From: Azolla caroliniana
Taxonomy: Eukaryota > Plantae > Polypodiophyta
Assembly (NCBI GenBank): GCA_043228905.1
Contig: JBHGNT010000007.1
Coordinates: forward strand, 434,001 to 498,000
Length of the DNA: 64,000 bases
Direction: 5' to 3'
Position numbers and translations under genes: made by a program
Notes under the pieces: model-generated
The model's database searches: none
Told to the model about the DNA's origin: nothing
Seen by the model: only the letters and a program-made list of their open reading frames with translations
Shown here: positions 12,400-26,591 of the stretch, one piece after another
Position numbering within the stretch: the first letter of the stretch is position 1
How the letters are laid out: each line of letters starts with the position of its first letter

Positions 12400-15300
12400 C
12401 TAATATGGCCGATATCGTCGTGAACTTCCACCAGTATTTGTTCCGCTACCATGTCCATGTCTCTGAGACTGTGAACCTCGACCAAAACTTCGGTGATCTC
12501 TGTATTGAGCAGGTATCCCTTGCATGCCGGATTGTTGCCTATCAAGCCAAAAGCCAAGTATTATTAAACTAATTTAAGAGAAATAATTGTTTGTAATCTT
12601 ATTTATAGGAAATTTCATTTTCGTTTTTGAAATTTTTGGCTTCTTACAAGACATATCCCATCCGTCCATCGGGTAAAACCATTGGAACCATTGCCATTCC
12701 TGCTGGAGCTGGTCCTCTACCATAAATAACAGGCTGAAATCATTCAACACCCATATTAACCCTTCAGTTACATTTAAATAACCCTATAATCTTTTGCTAC
12801 AAAAAATTCCTAAATGTTTAATTCTAATATTAAACATTACAAAATTAGGACAAAAAAGAGAAAATGTATTTAAAAACACCCATAGGTTTGAGAATTTTGA
12901 GTCTCTTCTACTACTGAAAATTCCAAGCTTTTGGAAGTTTTTGCTAAAAACATTTTATAACAGTTCAAAACACTGTCGTGTAAGTAATGCTACTATTATC
13001 ATGGAACCACAAAAACTGCTAAATTTATGGAATGGTAACTTTTCCTCTTTTTTCAGAATTTCCTAAAGTACTGCTAGTAGAAACTGGGGACTGGCTGAAT
13101 ATCAAGTAGAAAAAGAAAATGTGGGATCTAAATTGCATCAGTGTACAAGAAACAAAAGAACACATCACTTTGGAGTGCCCTGGCCCCTACATATGTGCAT
13201 TTCCGGTTTGGTTTCCAGTTGCTCTTACAAGGTTGTACTAGCTTTTGGGAACTCCAAATGAGGATGTAGCTGCTTTTTTGAATTCATAAGAAGGATGGAG
13301 CCATGGCTGTCTACATTGCTTGTCTACTTGACCATATAACCTAACTCATGAAGATCCAGACAGTGAATTTCAGAAACAGGCTTAGTTTTACTTTTGTCTT
13401 AAGATGAGATTACAGAGAAAGAGTTCATGTCGAGGAAATCTGTTAATCATTTCGAAAATCTTTAACAATACAAGGGGTATTTAGGTTTGTTAAGAATAAA
13501 CATGGAAAAATCACCGAGACAATGTTCTTTTTCATGGAGACATAAAAGAGCAGAAATCTCTTTTGTTTTCTTCATATTATTTGCATGAAAAGGTAAGTGA
13601 GCCAATGTTTCTAATGGAAAACCATTTCTTTACTTTTTTTTATTCCTTTTGGTGTTATTGTTTGCTAACAGTAGCATCTGTACCTGTCCATATGCCTTGT
13701 TGAAGCCAAAACCTTGTGCATCCATCATGCCATACATGTCAGTGCTGATTCTAGATTGATAGAGTTGTGGTAGAATCCCAGGCCCCACAGGTGCATACAT
13801 TGAGCTTGGTCTTTTCTCAGGCTGTGGCTTTGCTAGGCTTACTTCAAGTTCACGATCTAAAATAATGTGCTAAACAATCATAAGGTCACTCTTGGAATTG
13901 CTTCACAAGACTAATAATTTATAAGTTTATTACAATGACGGTCATCATATTATAACAAGATTATGATATATACATTTATCTTGACAAATCACAAGGGCCA
14001 AATATCTATATGGCATACCCCTACTTTGATTGTAGTTCATCAACTCCATGCTAAGTTGTTTTTTTTACCTTCAAGCATGTATTTTTGTCCCTTTTGGATG
14101 GCTTTCAACGCACTACTCCTATCGACGAAGTGTATGAATCCAAAATCACGCTTGGGCTGCCCGGGTCTTGATTGGGGTAAAATGACTTTGCTCACCTCCC
14201 CATGGGGCTCGAAGAGCTTAACCAACTGCTCTTGTGTAGCACCCTCTGGAAGATTACGTACATACAAGACCTTAACCTGATACCATTTTGCAAGCAAAGT
14301 GCAAACTATTATCCTCAAGAAATGCCTCTAAAATATTTGGGATTTTTATCAGAATAAACATTAATTCAAGGTAGACATCTAAAAACAGGGTATTGGTATG
14401 GTTTAACCCTACTTTTAATGTATGATTTTTATTTATTTTGATGCAGTTTTACGTAAAATATATTTAGCATTACATGAGACATGGCAATAGAGCTCTCTGG
14501 GCCACTGCCACGTTCTTCAGCCCAATTTACTGTTGGTGTATTTGTCCCAAATTTGAACCCAGGCATTGACAGCTTCCGCCTGGCATTTTCTGCACATGCA
14601 TGATTGTAATACTCGACAAAGGAGAACCCCCGGTTCCGTTCATTATTCTGAGGATCCTGTAAAGATAATCAAGGAAAACCAGCTTTATATTTGGCCTATA
14701 ACTAAAACATTTTTTTATTAGATCTCGTTCCAATCTTTTTATCAAACCAACAATCTAGTTCAAAGGCAACCTCGTTGCAGAAAACCAGGTGAGAGACCGT
14801 ACCCATTTGTTGAAATGATCTTCGAAGGTTGGCCAAGGACAAGTGGTATATATAACAGATAATAGTTATAGTGCTAGTACAAAGCCTTCGTTCCAAACTA
14901 ACACAAATCTATTGGTTTTTAATAGCTCTGAGGTAATTACTCCAAAAGAAGCATTAGTCTGTAGTTACTTAAAATTGAAGAAACATACACAAAGCTGAAA
15001 GTTTAGGGACTAAAATTGAAGAAGTATATAGAAAATATTGCATCATGATTAGCTGTGAGCGAAGGGAAGTATTTTCTGTAGTTATTAAGCTTAAAGTGGA
15101 ACATTTGAATGAGGCTGAGGGTTTTGACTATGAGTTCCATACTCATATAGATGAATAGAAAACCTTGGATCACGATTACTCTGAAGTAATTACTCCAAAT
15201 AAGGGTTAGTCCATAGTTAATTGAGAATACAAATAGAGATTCAAATGAAGCTTACAGTTTTGATATCTGAATATTCAAGGAAAAAATGTTCAAACTGAAG

Positions 15301-18300
15301 CTGAAAGTTTGGACAAAGGTATCTGGAAAATCTTGGGACAATTACACAACTATTTCTGCTCAAAAGACCGTACAACTAGGTAGCCTAAAAAGGCTGAATT
15401 TGGCATTCTAGGGAGAGTCTAGAGAGATTTCTTTCTTTTCTTAATGGTGTCCACTTTAAGCAAAAGAAGAACTACTTTATTGCATCAAGGGCAAATCCTT
15501 ACTTCCTAGAATATTTATAGCACACTCCATTCCTTTCTTAAGGACATGCAACAAATCCAAAACATTCTAGTTCCCAGCTTCATCCTATCAACTTGGGATT
15601 CGCGCTCCTGGTATGTTTCCAAGTTAGGAACAACTTTATAGAACACCCACTTGTAGAGTAAGAAGCTAAAGAAAGAGGGGAACCTACCACAAAAGCAAGG
15701 GTAGAATATAGGAAGACCTCAACCTGCCAAGGAAATCCTGTCGCAGAGCTCAACGTTTATGGTGATTTTCTTCGCTTTTTCAATCAACTTTGTCAAGTGA
15801 TGCCATTCTCAGCTTCAGCTAATATGTTCTCCAATGGTAAGACAATGCCATTGTCTATATTATTTAAAAATATGTCCTGAGGATATGTAGACTTGTTGTG
15901 TAAGCATAGGACCAAATGGGCATTGGGTACAAAAAAGAGGATAGACAAAGCCCAAATGGAGGTACAGAAATAAGGAGATGACATGTTTGTGAAAGCCCCA
16001 TTAAGTACTGAAATACGAATAAGGGGATTGGCAATGCCTAAATGTAAGTAGTGAAATTTGTTTAGGAAAAAATTTACGGTCGGGTCCAACATAATGATGG
16101 AAAATATTTATAATTTATGTATGATATACTATTATCTTAATAGAGGCTGGAATCCAATATAAAATGATGCTTTTGGTAACAACTTAAGAGAATTTATGAC
16201 TGAAACACTAAGGTTAGTGTAGAAAAAGCTGTGTAAGCTGAAAGTGGATGGATAAGTTATTTTTCAAGCTTAAGAGTTAAACTATTGGGAAAATCAAAAT
16301 GCTGAATTTGCTGCTGATATAAATACTCTGCCTCCTGTAAGCTGCTGGAGAAAAGATCAAGGAACATAAAAGTTATACACAGAGAAGTAAACAATGAATA
16401 GCATCAAGTTAGCATAAGAACAATAAATAATAATCAAGATATAATTAGTAACATCCATTGCTTTCAATGTATACAATAATCGCCATTAATAAAGAACCAA
16501 ATGCACACCCTAAAGAACCATACCAACTTAAAGCTAGAACAGAAGTTGCCTATTGAGAAGAAAACAAAGAAAATAAACAAGTTCATGTACGAACAATAAA
16601 ATATCGGCAAGCATTGTTGTAACATCCATTAATTTCAATGCTTAGGAATCTTTCCCAGTACCTTATTGACTTAAGGCTAGCATATATGTTGCATATTGAG
16701 AAGCAAAGAACAAAAAGAAAAAAGTCATCCACATCCATTGCTTTTGATGCCTATTTAACACTCCCTCAACAAAAAACAAAATACACACCCTCAAGTGTAT
16801 TACTGAATTAAAACTAGCATAAAAGTTGCATGCTGAAAAGGAAACAAAGTAACCATAATGACAATAAATCATTAAAACAACATCGCATACTTAAGGACAA
16901 TAAATAAATCATTGATGATAGTGATATCATCATTAACATTCATCACATCCAATGGCCATATTACTTTCCCTCAACTACACATGGCTTCAAATATCTTACT
17001 CCCTTAAAGATATAGCAGAAGTTGAATATTGAAAAGTAAATGAAGAATAACAAGTTCGCATTAGTAAAATAAGCAAATCAGTAAGAAATATGATGCAATC
17101 ATTCAAATCCAGGGGATTTCCATCATAACTGGGTATTCATATTTCAGATCCATCCATGTAGATTATATTTCCTCTCCATATAGATTGAGATTTCATTTAT
17201 TGCCTGCTTAATAATTTATACAATAATAGAAGACATTTGACGAAATGGCTATAAACATACCATGAGCAGCTCCAAGTTGGTTATCCCAGGACCTCTTTCT
17301 AATAAAACTCTCTGAAATTCGTCCTTACTCCAGTTTTTTGGCACATTGCCAATAAACAGCTTATTTTTTGCTTGTGAAGACGAAAAACGCAGTTTCCGAC
17401 CCTGTTTTATTCAGGTAAAAGTTTGAAATGAATAGATGACTTCAAACAGAAATAAATACAGAAAAGAAAATGCCCACTTTGATGCATAGAAAGGTCAGGT
17501 ACTTTAAAAACTTACTTTCAATTCATATCCATTCAATGTCTCGATCGCCTTTTCTGCATCTTCTTTGTTTGTATAAGTCACAAAAGCAAAACCTTTGTTA
17601 TCGCCCTTCTCATTATCCTTCATCAAACGCACCTGCTCTCATTGAAAACAATATTAATCATCATTGCTGTCAAACAGCAAACAGCTTTTGGCTCATGATG
17701 ACAATTTTATGCCAAAACCTATGTAAACTCTCTATTCTTATAAATAGAAGTTTGTAGGAGACATGCAAAACCCTTAAACTCACTATGCTTACAAATGAAG
17801 CCCTTTTTCAGAGCAATGCCAAAAGGCTTATAGCAATGATTTTTAAAAAGATCTGCATTTTCTTAATCCTTATAGAAGAAACCTTTTCACCGATATACAT
17901 TCTCTATCCTCACATAGTTTATAGGTTTGAATAATCTCTATCTCTCGGGACATTTGCCATTTTAGGCTATACATGACAGTTACATAACATCAATTTTATG
18001 CCAAAAAGTATGCATTGACTCCCTCCTTTTTTACAGAAGGAATGCATTTTCAGGGATATGCAAACCTATATACTCTCGCTCCTTACAGATGCCACCCTTT
18101 TCTCATAGACAATAATTGAATAATCATAAGGAAGAGAAAAGATTTAATCCACCTCAAAAAGTTCTCCACAGGAGGCACAAAGCTCTCTTAATTCATCTTC
18201 TAGTACTTCTTTAGTGATACCACCAACAAACACTTCTGAACCATGTGGTGGCCGAGCCAGGGGGTCTTCTTTATTTTCCTCGATCTTATCACGAGACTCA

Positions 18301-21300
18301 TGTTCCTGTGTGAATGTCCCTTCTTCACGGGAACACCCCCCTCCCTCTTTGTTAGCATATTCAGTATGTCTGGCATCTCTTTCAAATTCTTGGGCTTGGT
18401 CTATTTCCTCATTACCACTCCTGTCAGACGACTTCAAAGGAGCATCTCTGGTACTCATATCATAAGTGTTTATGCCTGAGGCATTATCCTTCTCCACATC
18501 CTCTTCATTTCTCTGAACAGACTCTGTATAAGGCCCACTTTGATACCTGATACCTCCATTGCTGCAAAATGTACAGGGAAAAACTTGAGTTTAGTATAAT
18601 AGCTTGCATTTGAAGTATTCAAAAATCACCTTTATATATTTTAAGTTGAACATAGTATTGAAACAACTGAAGTTTGGGATGTCTTAGAATAATAAAAAGA
18701 ATGTTGAGAATCAGCTTTCCAATCTTGGAATTTAAAGTACAGATACATCCAGTTTTCAAGATGTTTTAGAGCATGGATACGTCCAATTTGAAGTTATTTT
18801 AGAATAAGAAAATTGGTGACGCACTTCATATTTGGAATTTGAAGACATAGATACCTCCAAAAGTTTTAGATAACTTATAAGAATAAAAACTTCAAATTTT
18901 GAAGATACAAGATGTTTAAGTATTTAAAATAGCCCTAAAAGTATCAAGACATGCGAATATGAGAATTTCAACCAATAAAGTTTTAGTTACCTTTTGGCAA
19001 AATTATTTTTCTCGAATGTTCCTAGTCGGCCATTTTCACGGAATCCAGGATCTTCATCATCATGTTCATCATGGTATATACCCATACCATCATCCTCCTC
19101 AGGCATATCCAAATCAAGGCCTTCTTGGGCTTCTTCATCTTCTATGTCTTCTTCATCATCCTGTTGAAGACACCCACAAATTACAAAATATTAATCGATC
19201 ATTCTTGAAATAATTGTAAGATTGCCAAATGGAACTCTCGTTACGTCATAGTATTCTTTCTCTCCAAGTCACCAGACACCACCCCTGACCAAGGACAGGC
19301 ATTATGTACCAGGCTCAGGTATAGCAAGGAAGACGCAGCCACATTTACTGAATCTTAGAGAGGAAGAGACACAACTAAAGCTCGAGCACTAATATTACAA
19401 TTTCTCAATGAAGTAGGAAGAATTGTCTTCCTCAAAAGCAAGTTATATTATGAGGGTTAGATGCCCCCGATTTTCCTTAATGATGACTTGATAGATGCAA
19501 ATTGAACATAGAAACAATGTATGTCACAGATCATACAAACACGCAAGGAAGGTAAAAGAGCCCTCTACCAGGATGTATGTGTTGCTATCAACAGCAAGGC
19601 CATTGAACGGGGATTCATGACTTGCGAGACAATAGAATCAGAACTGCACATTGCAATTTGAAGCAACAAGAGGGCTGTCTAAAAGGATGGTCATGTTATC
19701 AACAGCAACGCCATCACATAGAAGTTCGTAGACCGTTGAGACAATAGAATGGAATAAAACATTGCAGTTTGGATCTGCAGTGGAGCACTTTGGACACCTT
19801 GGGAAGCATGATTGAGGTAATGGTGGTACCAGGTATGCTCCTCACTGAGAGACATCAATGTCCGGAGAAAATAAAGACATGCCTATGAGGAAGCACAATG
19901 TTGGGATTCATACCACATATTTAAGAGAAAAGACTAGGGTATTGCCTATTGATGTGTACGAGAACCTGTAGACCTGACCAAAATCAAGGATCCACAACTA
20001 TGGCATTCTTATGCCGAAAGCTTGTACCATGTCCCTCACCAACCCCCTTTACCACAATCATCAGAGATTCAGCTCATACAACATTGAGAAGGCCATTTGG
20101 CGCTTTCAACATGAACTACAGGCAAACACCTCATATACATGATAAGCAAGTGTTGCCTATCCTTGCACTCATGTTCAATATGGCCTTCATAGAGAAACTT
20201 CCCAACACAAGAAGTATGCACATGGCTGTGCCTGTTCATAAATCATAAGCCCCCTCCAACTACAGAACAATTGCATTATCATAATTGGCCACACATTCGC
20301 CAAATTTTATGGAGTGGTACTTGAAGAGGACTTCAACACTTACGTTGAGGTTGAAGAGATACAAGCCCCAGAACAAGCTGGATTTCGCAGAGCCTTCTCT
20401 ACCATTGACGAAATCTCTACATTACATTGATTGGCAAAAGCACAGAAGAAGTGATTGTATTGATGCTAGTATATTTCTGTGACACCCTTGATATTATACC
20501 AAGGGAATGCCTCCCACAAGACTCTGTGCACTCAAAATTCCTTTTGACATGATGAAGCCTATATACGCACTATACGAGCGAGAGTTGGAATGAGTTAGGT
20601 GTCTAGGGAAGTTAAGATAATCACAAGGAGCATAGATGTGACATAAGGATGCCCAATTATTCATGATCTAACATAGTTCAGCAAATAATCAAAAGCATTA
20701 TCTACTTATCAATAACACACCCCCGACCTTCACTATACGATCGACCTTAGGTGTCTAGGGAAGTTAAGATAATCACAAGGAGAATAGATGTGATATAAGG
20801 ATGCCCAATTATTCACGATCTAACATAGTTCAGCAAATAATCAAAAGCATTATCTACTTATCAATAACATGCCCCCGACCTTCACTATACGATCGACCTT
20901 AACCAATTCATGCAAGCATTGTGTGACAGGCACATCGTGGATGTTGGCATAGTCTATTAAGTGGGAGTACTAATCTAACTTGATGGTTACACATATGCCA
21001 ATTTTGACCAATTGTTCAACAGATTTGAGGATTTGACATTGGGCTTCACATTCTCTTTGGGAAGCAATATCACCAGCTAGAGTCACATAAAGCAATCTAT
21101 TGTGGCTCTTCTGAAGCATGGGGCCCATACAACTCTACTGTGATAACCTCAGCAACTTACAGCTAGTACAGAACCTGGCGTTCCATGCACACACACATTG
21201 AGGTTCATTTCACTACATCAGACAGGGGATTGCAACTGAAGATGTAGATCTCCAACATACTCTGACAAATCGATAAATGGCAGATATTTCCACCAAAAGC

Positions 21301-22491
21301 ACTTGAAACAGACAACCTCAGACAATTACTTCAGTACTTGGCCCACATCTACTTCATCTGCCCAGTTTGCAGGGGAGTACAAACACAAGCAAGGATGATC
21401 CAAGCTCACTCATTCACATGCATGGTGAGGAAACCACCGCCCTTACTGTTGTATTCAATCTACACGATATCTCATATACAATCCACTCTCATCATGACAG
21501 GTATTGAGAAAGTAGTTACACAGTAGTGAGGTAGAGTTGTATAAAACAAGCTCCTTCTTATATATAGTTATGATTAAAGTCAATAATATAGATAATTAGC
21601 ATTCTCTTAAGAATACTCTTATGATTGTAACGTTTCTCCAGTTGTTAATATATGTTCTTGCCTATGTTATGCTCTTTCCCTCTTGTGCACACGCACATAA
21701 TATGCAATGCATAATACACATCCTACCTAATCGATTTCATTGCGTATATACACTTGATCCTCCATGGAATTATGTTCTCTAGTTCTTCACAATGATGACT
21801 TTGTAATTATTTTACTACAGATGTCTTTCATAAACGTAAATAAGATTTAATTAAACTAACATGCTTATGTTGGGTTATGGGTTTTGCTGCTGTTGTTGTA
21901 CCAAGAGACAAAACAACATTCCTATGACAAACACCAAATACTCAAAGGAAAGGGAGATCACTACATCTCTAACCCCAAAAAGGTCCAAGAGACCTGTCTT
22001 AACTTTTCATAATCATCATTGGAGGATCCATTACCACACATTGACTACATGTACACGAGACACATATAACAAAGAATATTATTCTCTAGCTTTCAAACTT
22101 GAGTTACCCAAGAGATAAAACAACACTCCTATGAATACAGACACATACACCAAATACTCTATCTCTAACCAAAAAAAGGTTCAGGAGATCTTAACTTTTC
22201 ATACCCATTACTTGGAGGTTCCATTACCACACATCAACTCACATCCTGAGATGATATAACTAGATATCAAAACTTGTATACTTGACACACATAAGAATGC
22301 ATATTATTCTCTAGTTTTCCGACTTGATTTACCCCTTCTTTAAGACCTTTGTTATTTATTGATGTCGTTTGTATCTGATCAGTTTCTACCCCTTACCAAG
22401 TTTATATTTTTGCTATGTTTTGTTTTTCATGCCCAGAGCACATACATAACAAGATCCGGGTCGTAGGTTCTTTTGTCCTATGGAAGACATA

Positions 22492-22529
<38 letters not shown>

Positions 22530-22693
22530 ACATTCTGTTACAATACCTCGTCTGCTACTTCGATTTCTTCGTGCTTATTGCCCACTTCCATTACATCTCC
22601 ATCCCCATGTGCATCATCTTCCTCTTCATCTAGAATATCTTCAATCTCCTCTTCTCCCATGACCACTTGATCTAGCTCAGAAGATCTCACCAT
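12400..22693 (-). CDS. Three-RRM RNA-binding protein, hnRNP-Q/R (LIF2-like) family, ~590 aa
   Basis: Ten coding exons with GT-AG ends and consistent phases: 22693-22547, 19160-18991, 18561-18153, 17632-17516, 17401-17261, 14656-14474, 14276-14069, 13856-13684, 12733-12648, 12538-12400 (1773 nt). Acidic N-terminus; RRMs PPHGSEVFVGG/KGFAFVTY, KLFIGNVPK/NRGFSFVEY and VKVLYVRNLP/DFGFIHF; motif MAMVPMVLPDGRMGYVLQQ; C-terminal RRYRPY. A 5'UTR exon probably ends at the donor near 23522. Confidence 0.93.
19270..21376 (+). mobile_element. Ancient Ty1/copia relic inside an intron of the hnRNP gene
   Basis: RNase H remnant HIEVHFHYIRQG...MADI at ~21190-21300 followed by a PPT-like AGGGGAG; upstream RT/integrase-like pieces have many stops. 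Left boundary approximate. Confidence 0.55.
20595..20898. repeat. 152-bp near-perfect tandem duplication
   Basis: TTAGGTGTCTAGGGAAG...TATACGATCGACC starts at 20595 and at 20747. Confidence 0.88.
21899..22334. repeat. Diverged ~210-bp tandem duplication (intronic)
   Basis: CAAGAGAnAAAACAACAnTCCTATGA...CCATTACCACACAT...TATTATTCTCTAG occurs twice. Confidence 0.7.
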
Positions 22694-23834
22694 TCTTGTC
22701 TCCAGTTCAATATGAATTTAGGCAAGGTTGAACACCTTAATGTGAAGCTAAATCCTGAAAGGGACTAAAAAGTGAATTGAGAAGCTATATTAGAAATACG
22801 ATCAGCAAAAAACTTCACCTTCTTTTCTTGAGATTGGGTTGACAAAAATAGTAGAGCTAAAATTAAGCTCTTCGATGTAATGGCACTTTAGGATTTAAAT
22901 TTAATTTCTCTACTTGATGTATACTCAAGAAATAGAAATTGGGCAGTGGAAACAAGGAAAAAGACAAAGTACAAAATTTTAGACTCGCTCTCTTAAATAA
23001 ATGAAGTTTGAGCTAGCAAGAGAAAAACAGAGAAATAGCAAAATTTATGTTTTCTTTTAATTTTGCTCTACCTGATGGCTAAGTACGAATTGCAGTTGGA
23101 ATAGGGGAAATACACAGAAAAAACAAAAGATGCGGAGAATAAGTAAATGGATTTTGGGCTAGCAAGAGAAAAACAGCAAAATAGCAAAATTTCTGTCCTT
23201 CTTTACCTTTGCTCTACCTGGTGGCAAACATTACAAGTATTGTAATCTTAAATATCCACGAGATTGAGAGTGAATTTAGCAAAATGAACAGGAAAAATTT
23301 TAGGTTTTTTTCTATACCTTAGGAATTTACCTTGGGTATGTAAACAGAGAACTGGTGGGAAAACAGAGATCTAAGCAGTAATATTAGTCTTTTTTTCCCT
23401 ACTTAATGGATCCTTATAAGGATTCTAGAACTCGGGTTAAGAAAAGAAAAGAAAAGAAACCAAAAACAAAAAGCAAAAAATCACGAAGTCTAGAAGCTCT
23501 AGATTATTAAAAAGAAATTTACCCTTTCCCTTTTCTGTCTGATATGGATGGATGATCCTCAAGAATCGAAGATTTGTGTTACAACGAAAGAAAGGAAGAC
23601 AAGATAAAAGAGAGACGAAAGAACAGAGGGATACTACCAAAAACTCTTTATCTATTATTTCTAGGGCTTCCCATACATACATACATACATGATTACATCC
23701 ATGGATGGCATCATCGTCACTCAGACAGACAGTCGGAAGGAATCAAATTCCCATAAAATGCCCTCCCACATTTATCCTTTATCTCCTATATGCCCCTACC
23801 AATTTTGCAAGTGTCGTAACCTTAACATTAACAA

Positions 23835-24366
23835 GGGATCCATTTAACAAATCGGCAATGGTTTGGTTTGAACAGAAACAAACCGAGAAACCGTGGCTTA
23901 ATTGCGAGATGTGCAATGCTTTTTAGGCTTTGCCAATTTCTACCGCAAGTTTATACAGGATTACTCAAAGCTTGTTCTGCCTCTCACATAGCTTACCAGG
24001 AATGGGTCAATCGTTCGTTTGGTCTAAAGAAGCGGACATGGTTTTTGAGAGTCTTAAGATGGCATTTACATCAGCTCCTATTCTAGCTCATGTTGATCCA
24101 GAAAAACCATTCATCATTGAGGTAGACACGTCGGATTTCGCCTTGGGTAGCATTTTGTCACAACAAGGTGATGATGAAAAGCTACATCCTGTGGCTTTCC
24201 AGTTTGACACGCAAGTTTGACGCTGCCGAAATCAACTATGGAATTCATGATAAGGAGCTATTAGCAATAGTGGACTCTTTTACGCAATGGAGGCATTTTC
24301 TAGAAGGATCTTCTCATCAAGTCACCGTATTTAGTGATCACAAAAACCTTGCCTACTTTCAGAATT
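23835..24366 (+). mobile_element. Ty3/gypsy RT-connection/RNase H fragment
   Basis: [51 protein letters not shown] with frameshifts; ends at a (TG)n run. Confidence 0.9.
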
Positions 24367-24367
24367 G

Positions 24368-24400
<33 letters not shown>

Positions 24401-24979
24401 TCCCACAAAAACTATACTCCATTGGTATTAATTTTAACAATGCCAAAAGCAATCTACAATTTGTACATAATAGTTTCCACTCCACAAGTGTCTATAAAAA
24501 AGACCAAATATAAACGATGGCCTTTGGCAAGATAAGGCTAATTATGTCCATGAAAACTCTCTCAGCCTTTGCCAACAAGACCCATTCTCAACCTATAAAC
24601 AAATTCTTGTGGTCCAAGAGAATACATATCTTTACATATCTTGGTGGTAATCCTAGTCAACATAGCCCGGTTTGTCCACCCTGGCTAGTAGACTAAAAAC
24701 TCCATATATGCCTTTGATTCTGCCAATATTGGAGTTGTTCACCATCACTTGACTGTCCACTAGGGTGATGCTATTTGACAAATGTTTTGTACACAACAGT
24801 TGAAGACACCAAAATAGTCCATGATGCACCTGACGCTTGGGTAAAACGTGATGGGCTGCCATGGATAGCCCCCATGTATCATCTCCCAAATCAAAACGAC
24901 CATGTCCATCTCCATGAAAATTGAAATGTACTTGTAATAATCTCCCTATAAACAAGATGAACTATGTCCTCCACACCTC

Positions 24980-26130
24980 ACACCATCTGCTTCGATCCCC
25001 ACACCGTCTTCACTCTTAAGAATAGACAAATTGCTTCATTCAGTCCACATCAACCATCTCGCCGAATACCACCAATGTCTTGTGCAATTAACAACAAAAT
25101 AAGTGAAAAATGATTCCTCATCCCCTAATGATCTGCTTCGGTCCCCCCCCCCCCCCCCCCCACCATCACTCCTAAAAATAGACAAATTGCTTTATTCAAT
25201 CCACATCCACCATCTCGCCGAATACCACCAATGTCCTATGCAATTAACAACAAAATAAGTGAAAAATGATTCCTCATCCCCTCATGATCTTCTTTAGCCC
25301 TCACACCAACACCATTCATCCTCTCGCCATGACAAACATGCTTCAAATCCCATTGCCATCATCCCGCAACCTATGAGAACCATAATATTTTCTTAACTCA
25401 ACCCATATCTGGAGCATCTCACTGACCTTATTCCATCTCACTGATTACCGTGATCCTGTACTAACAACCAAAAATGAGTGAAAAACAATTCCTCCCCTTC
25501 TCATAATAATCTGCTTCAGCCCCCACACCAACATCACTCATCCTGATCCCAAAAACAAAAAACCAGCTTCGTCATGTCCCCATCCACCATCTCGCTATCT
25601 CCGATTCTCTCAGGATTCCCGCCTATTACTGCTAAAATCCACTGAGGTCCTGTGCAAATAACAAAAAATAAGTGAAAAATGTTTTGTCCTCCCCTCATGA
25701 TCTACTACAACCCTCACCCCATCGACACTCATCCTCTTGTGATGACAAATATGCTTCAAACTCCATCGCCATCATCCCTCAACCTATCAGAACCATAACA
25801 TTTTCATAAGTAAGCCCTGATCTGAAGCATCTCGTTGACCTTCTTGCCATATCACCGATTACCTCGAAAATCCTGTTACACTAACAACCAACAAATGAGT
25901 GGAAAAAATCCTCACCTTCTCATAATAATTTGTGACAACCCCCACCAACATCAATCATCCTGATCACAAAAACAGAAAACCAACTTCCTCATGTCCACAT
26001 CCACCATCTTGATGTCTCCGATTATCACAGGAATTTCGCCTCATACCACTAAAATCCTTCTTATACTACTCTACTTCAGCACCCACAACATCATCCCTCA
26101 TCCTCATGTCTTCATCCACCATATGGCTAT
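24980..26130. repeat. Complex tandem array of ~150-220-bp units with a ~413-bp higher-order dimer
   Basis: AACAAnAAAAT(A/G)AGTGAAAAA recurs at ~25090, 25245, 25463, 25660 and 25883; ~25278-25640 aligns with ~25691-26058. Confidence 0.75.
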
Positions 26131-26259
26131 CTTCAATTGTCATCAACACCTTATACATTAAAATAGCCTTCCTACATGCCGCAACCGTCTCCTCCATGTT
26201 GGCTCATGTTGTTCGCAGTAAGAATGGTACTAGTGGCGGGAACAACCAACGAGGTGGTA

Positions 26260-26560
26260 CTAGTTCCACCAAACCTTAGAGCCTGCATCTAACATTATAG
26301 GAATAGCTGACCAAACTCGTCGAAATCTCCTTCTTTTTCGAATAGATGTGTTTCCAGAGCCCTTATAACTGTCATACTCACCTTTAACTGTATGTACTAA
26401 TAAGTTCCAAAAAGACTTTACCTGATCCACAACGTGGGATGTAACTGGAAGAGAGTTTGCAAGAAGGTTGAACATATGCCTCCAAAAGTTTGAGATGAAC
26501 TGGGGACCACGATCACTTATAATATCATCCAGAAGACCATGGTGCCAGAACACCTCCCAC
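26260..26560 (-). mobile_element. Ty3/gypsy integrase fragment
   Basis: EVFWHHGLLDDIISDRGPQFISNFWRHMF in ORF 26260..26616. Confidence 0.8.
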
Positions 26561-26591
26561 ATGGGTAACTCGGTTGTTTTACTATGATATT

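Noticed and set aside
13165-13260. miR395-like GGGAACTC in a small hairpin
   Set aside because: Only 8 nt match and the stem is about 12 bp; not a credible pre-miRNA.
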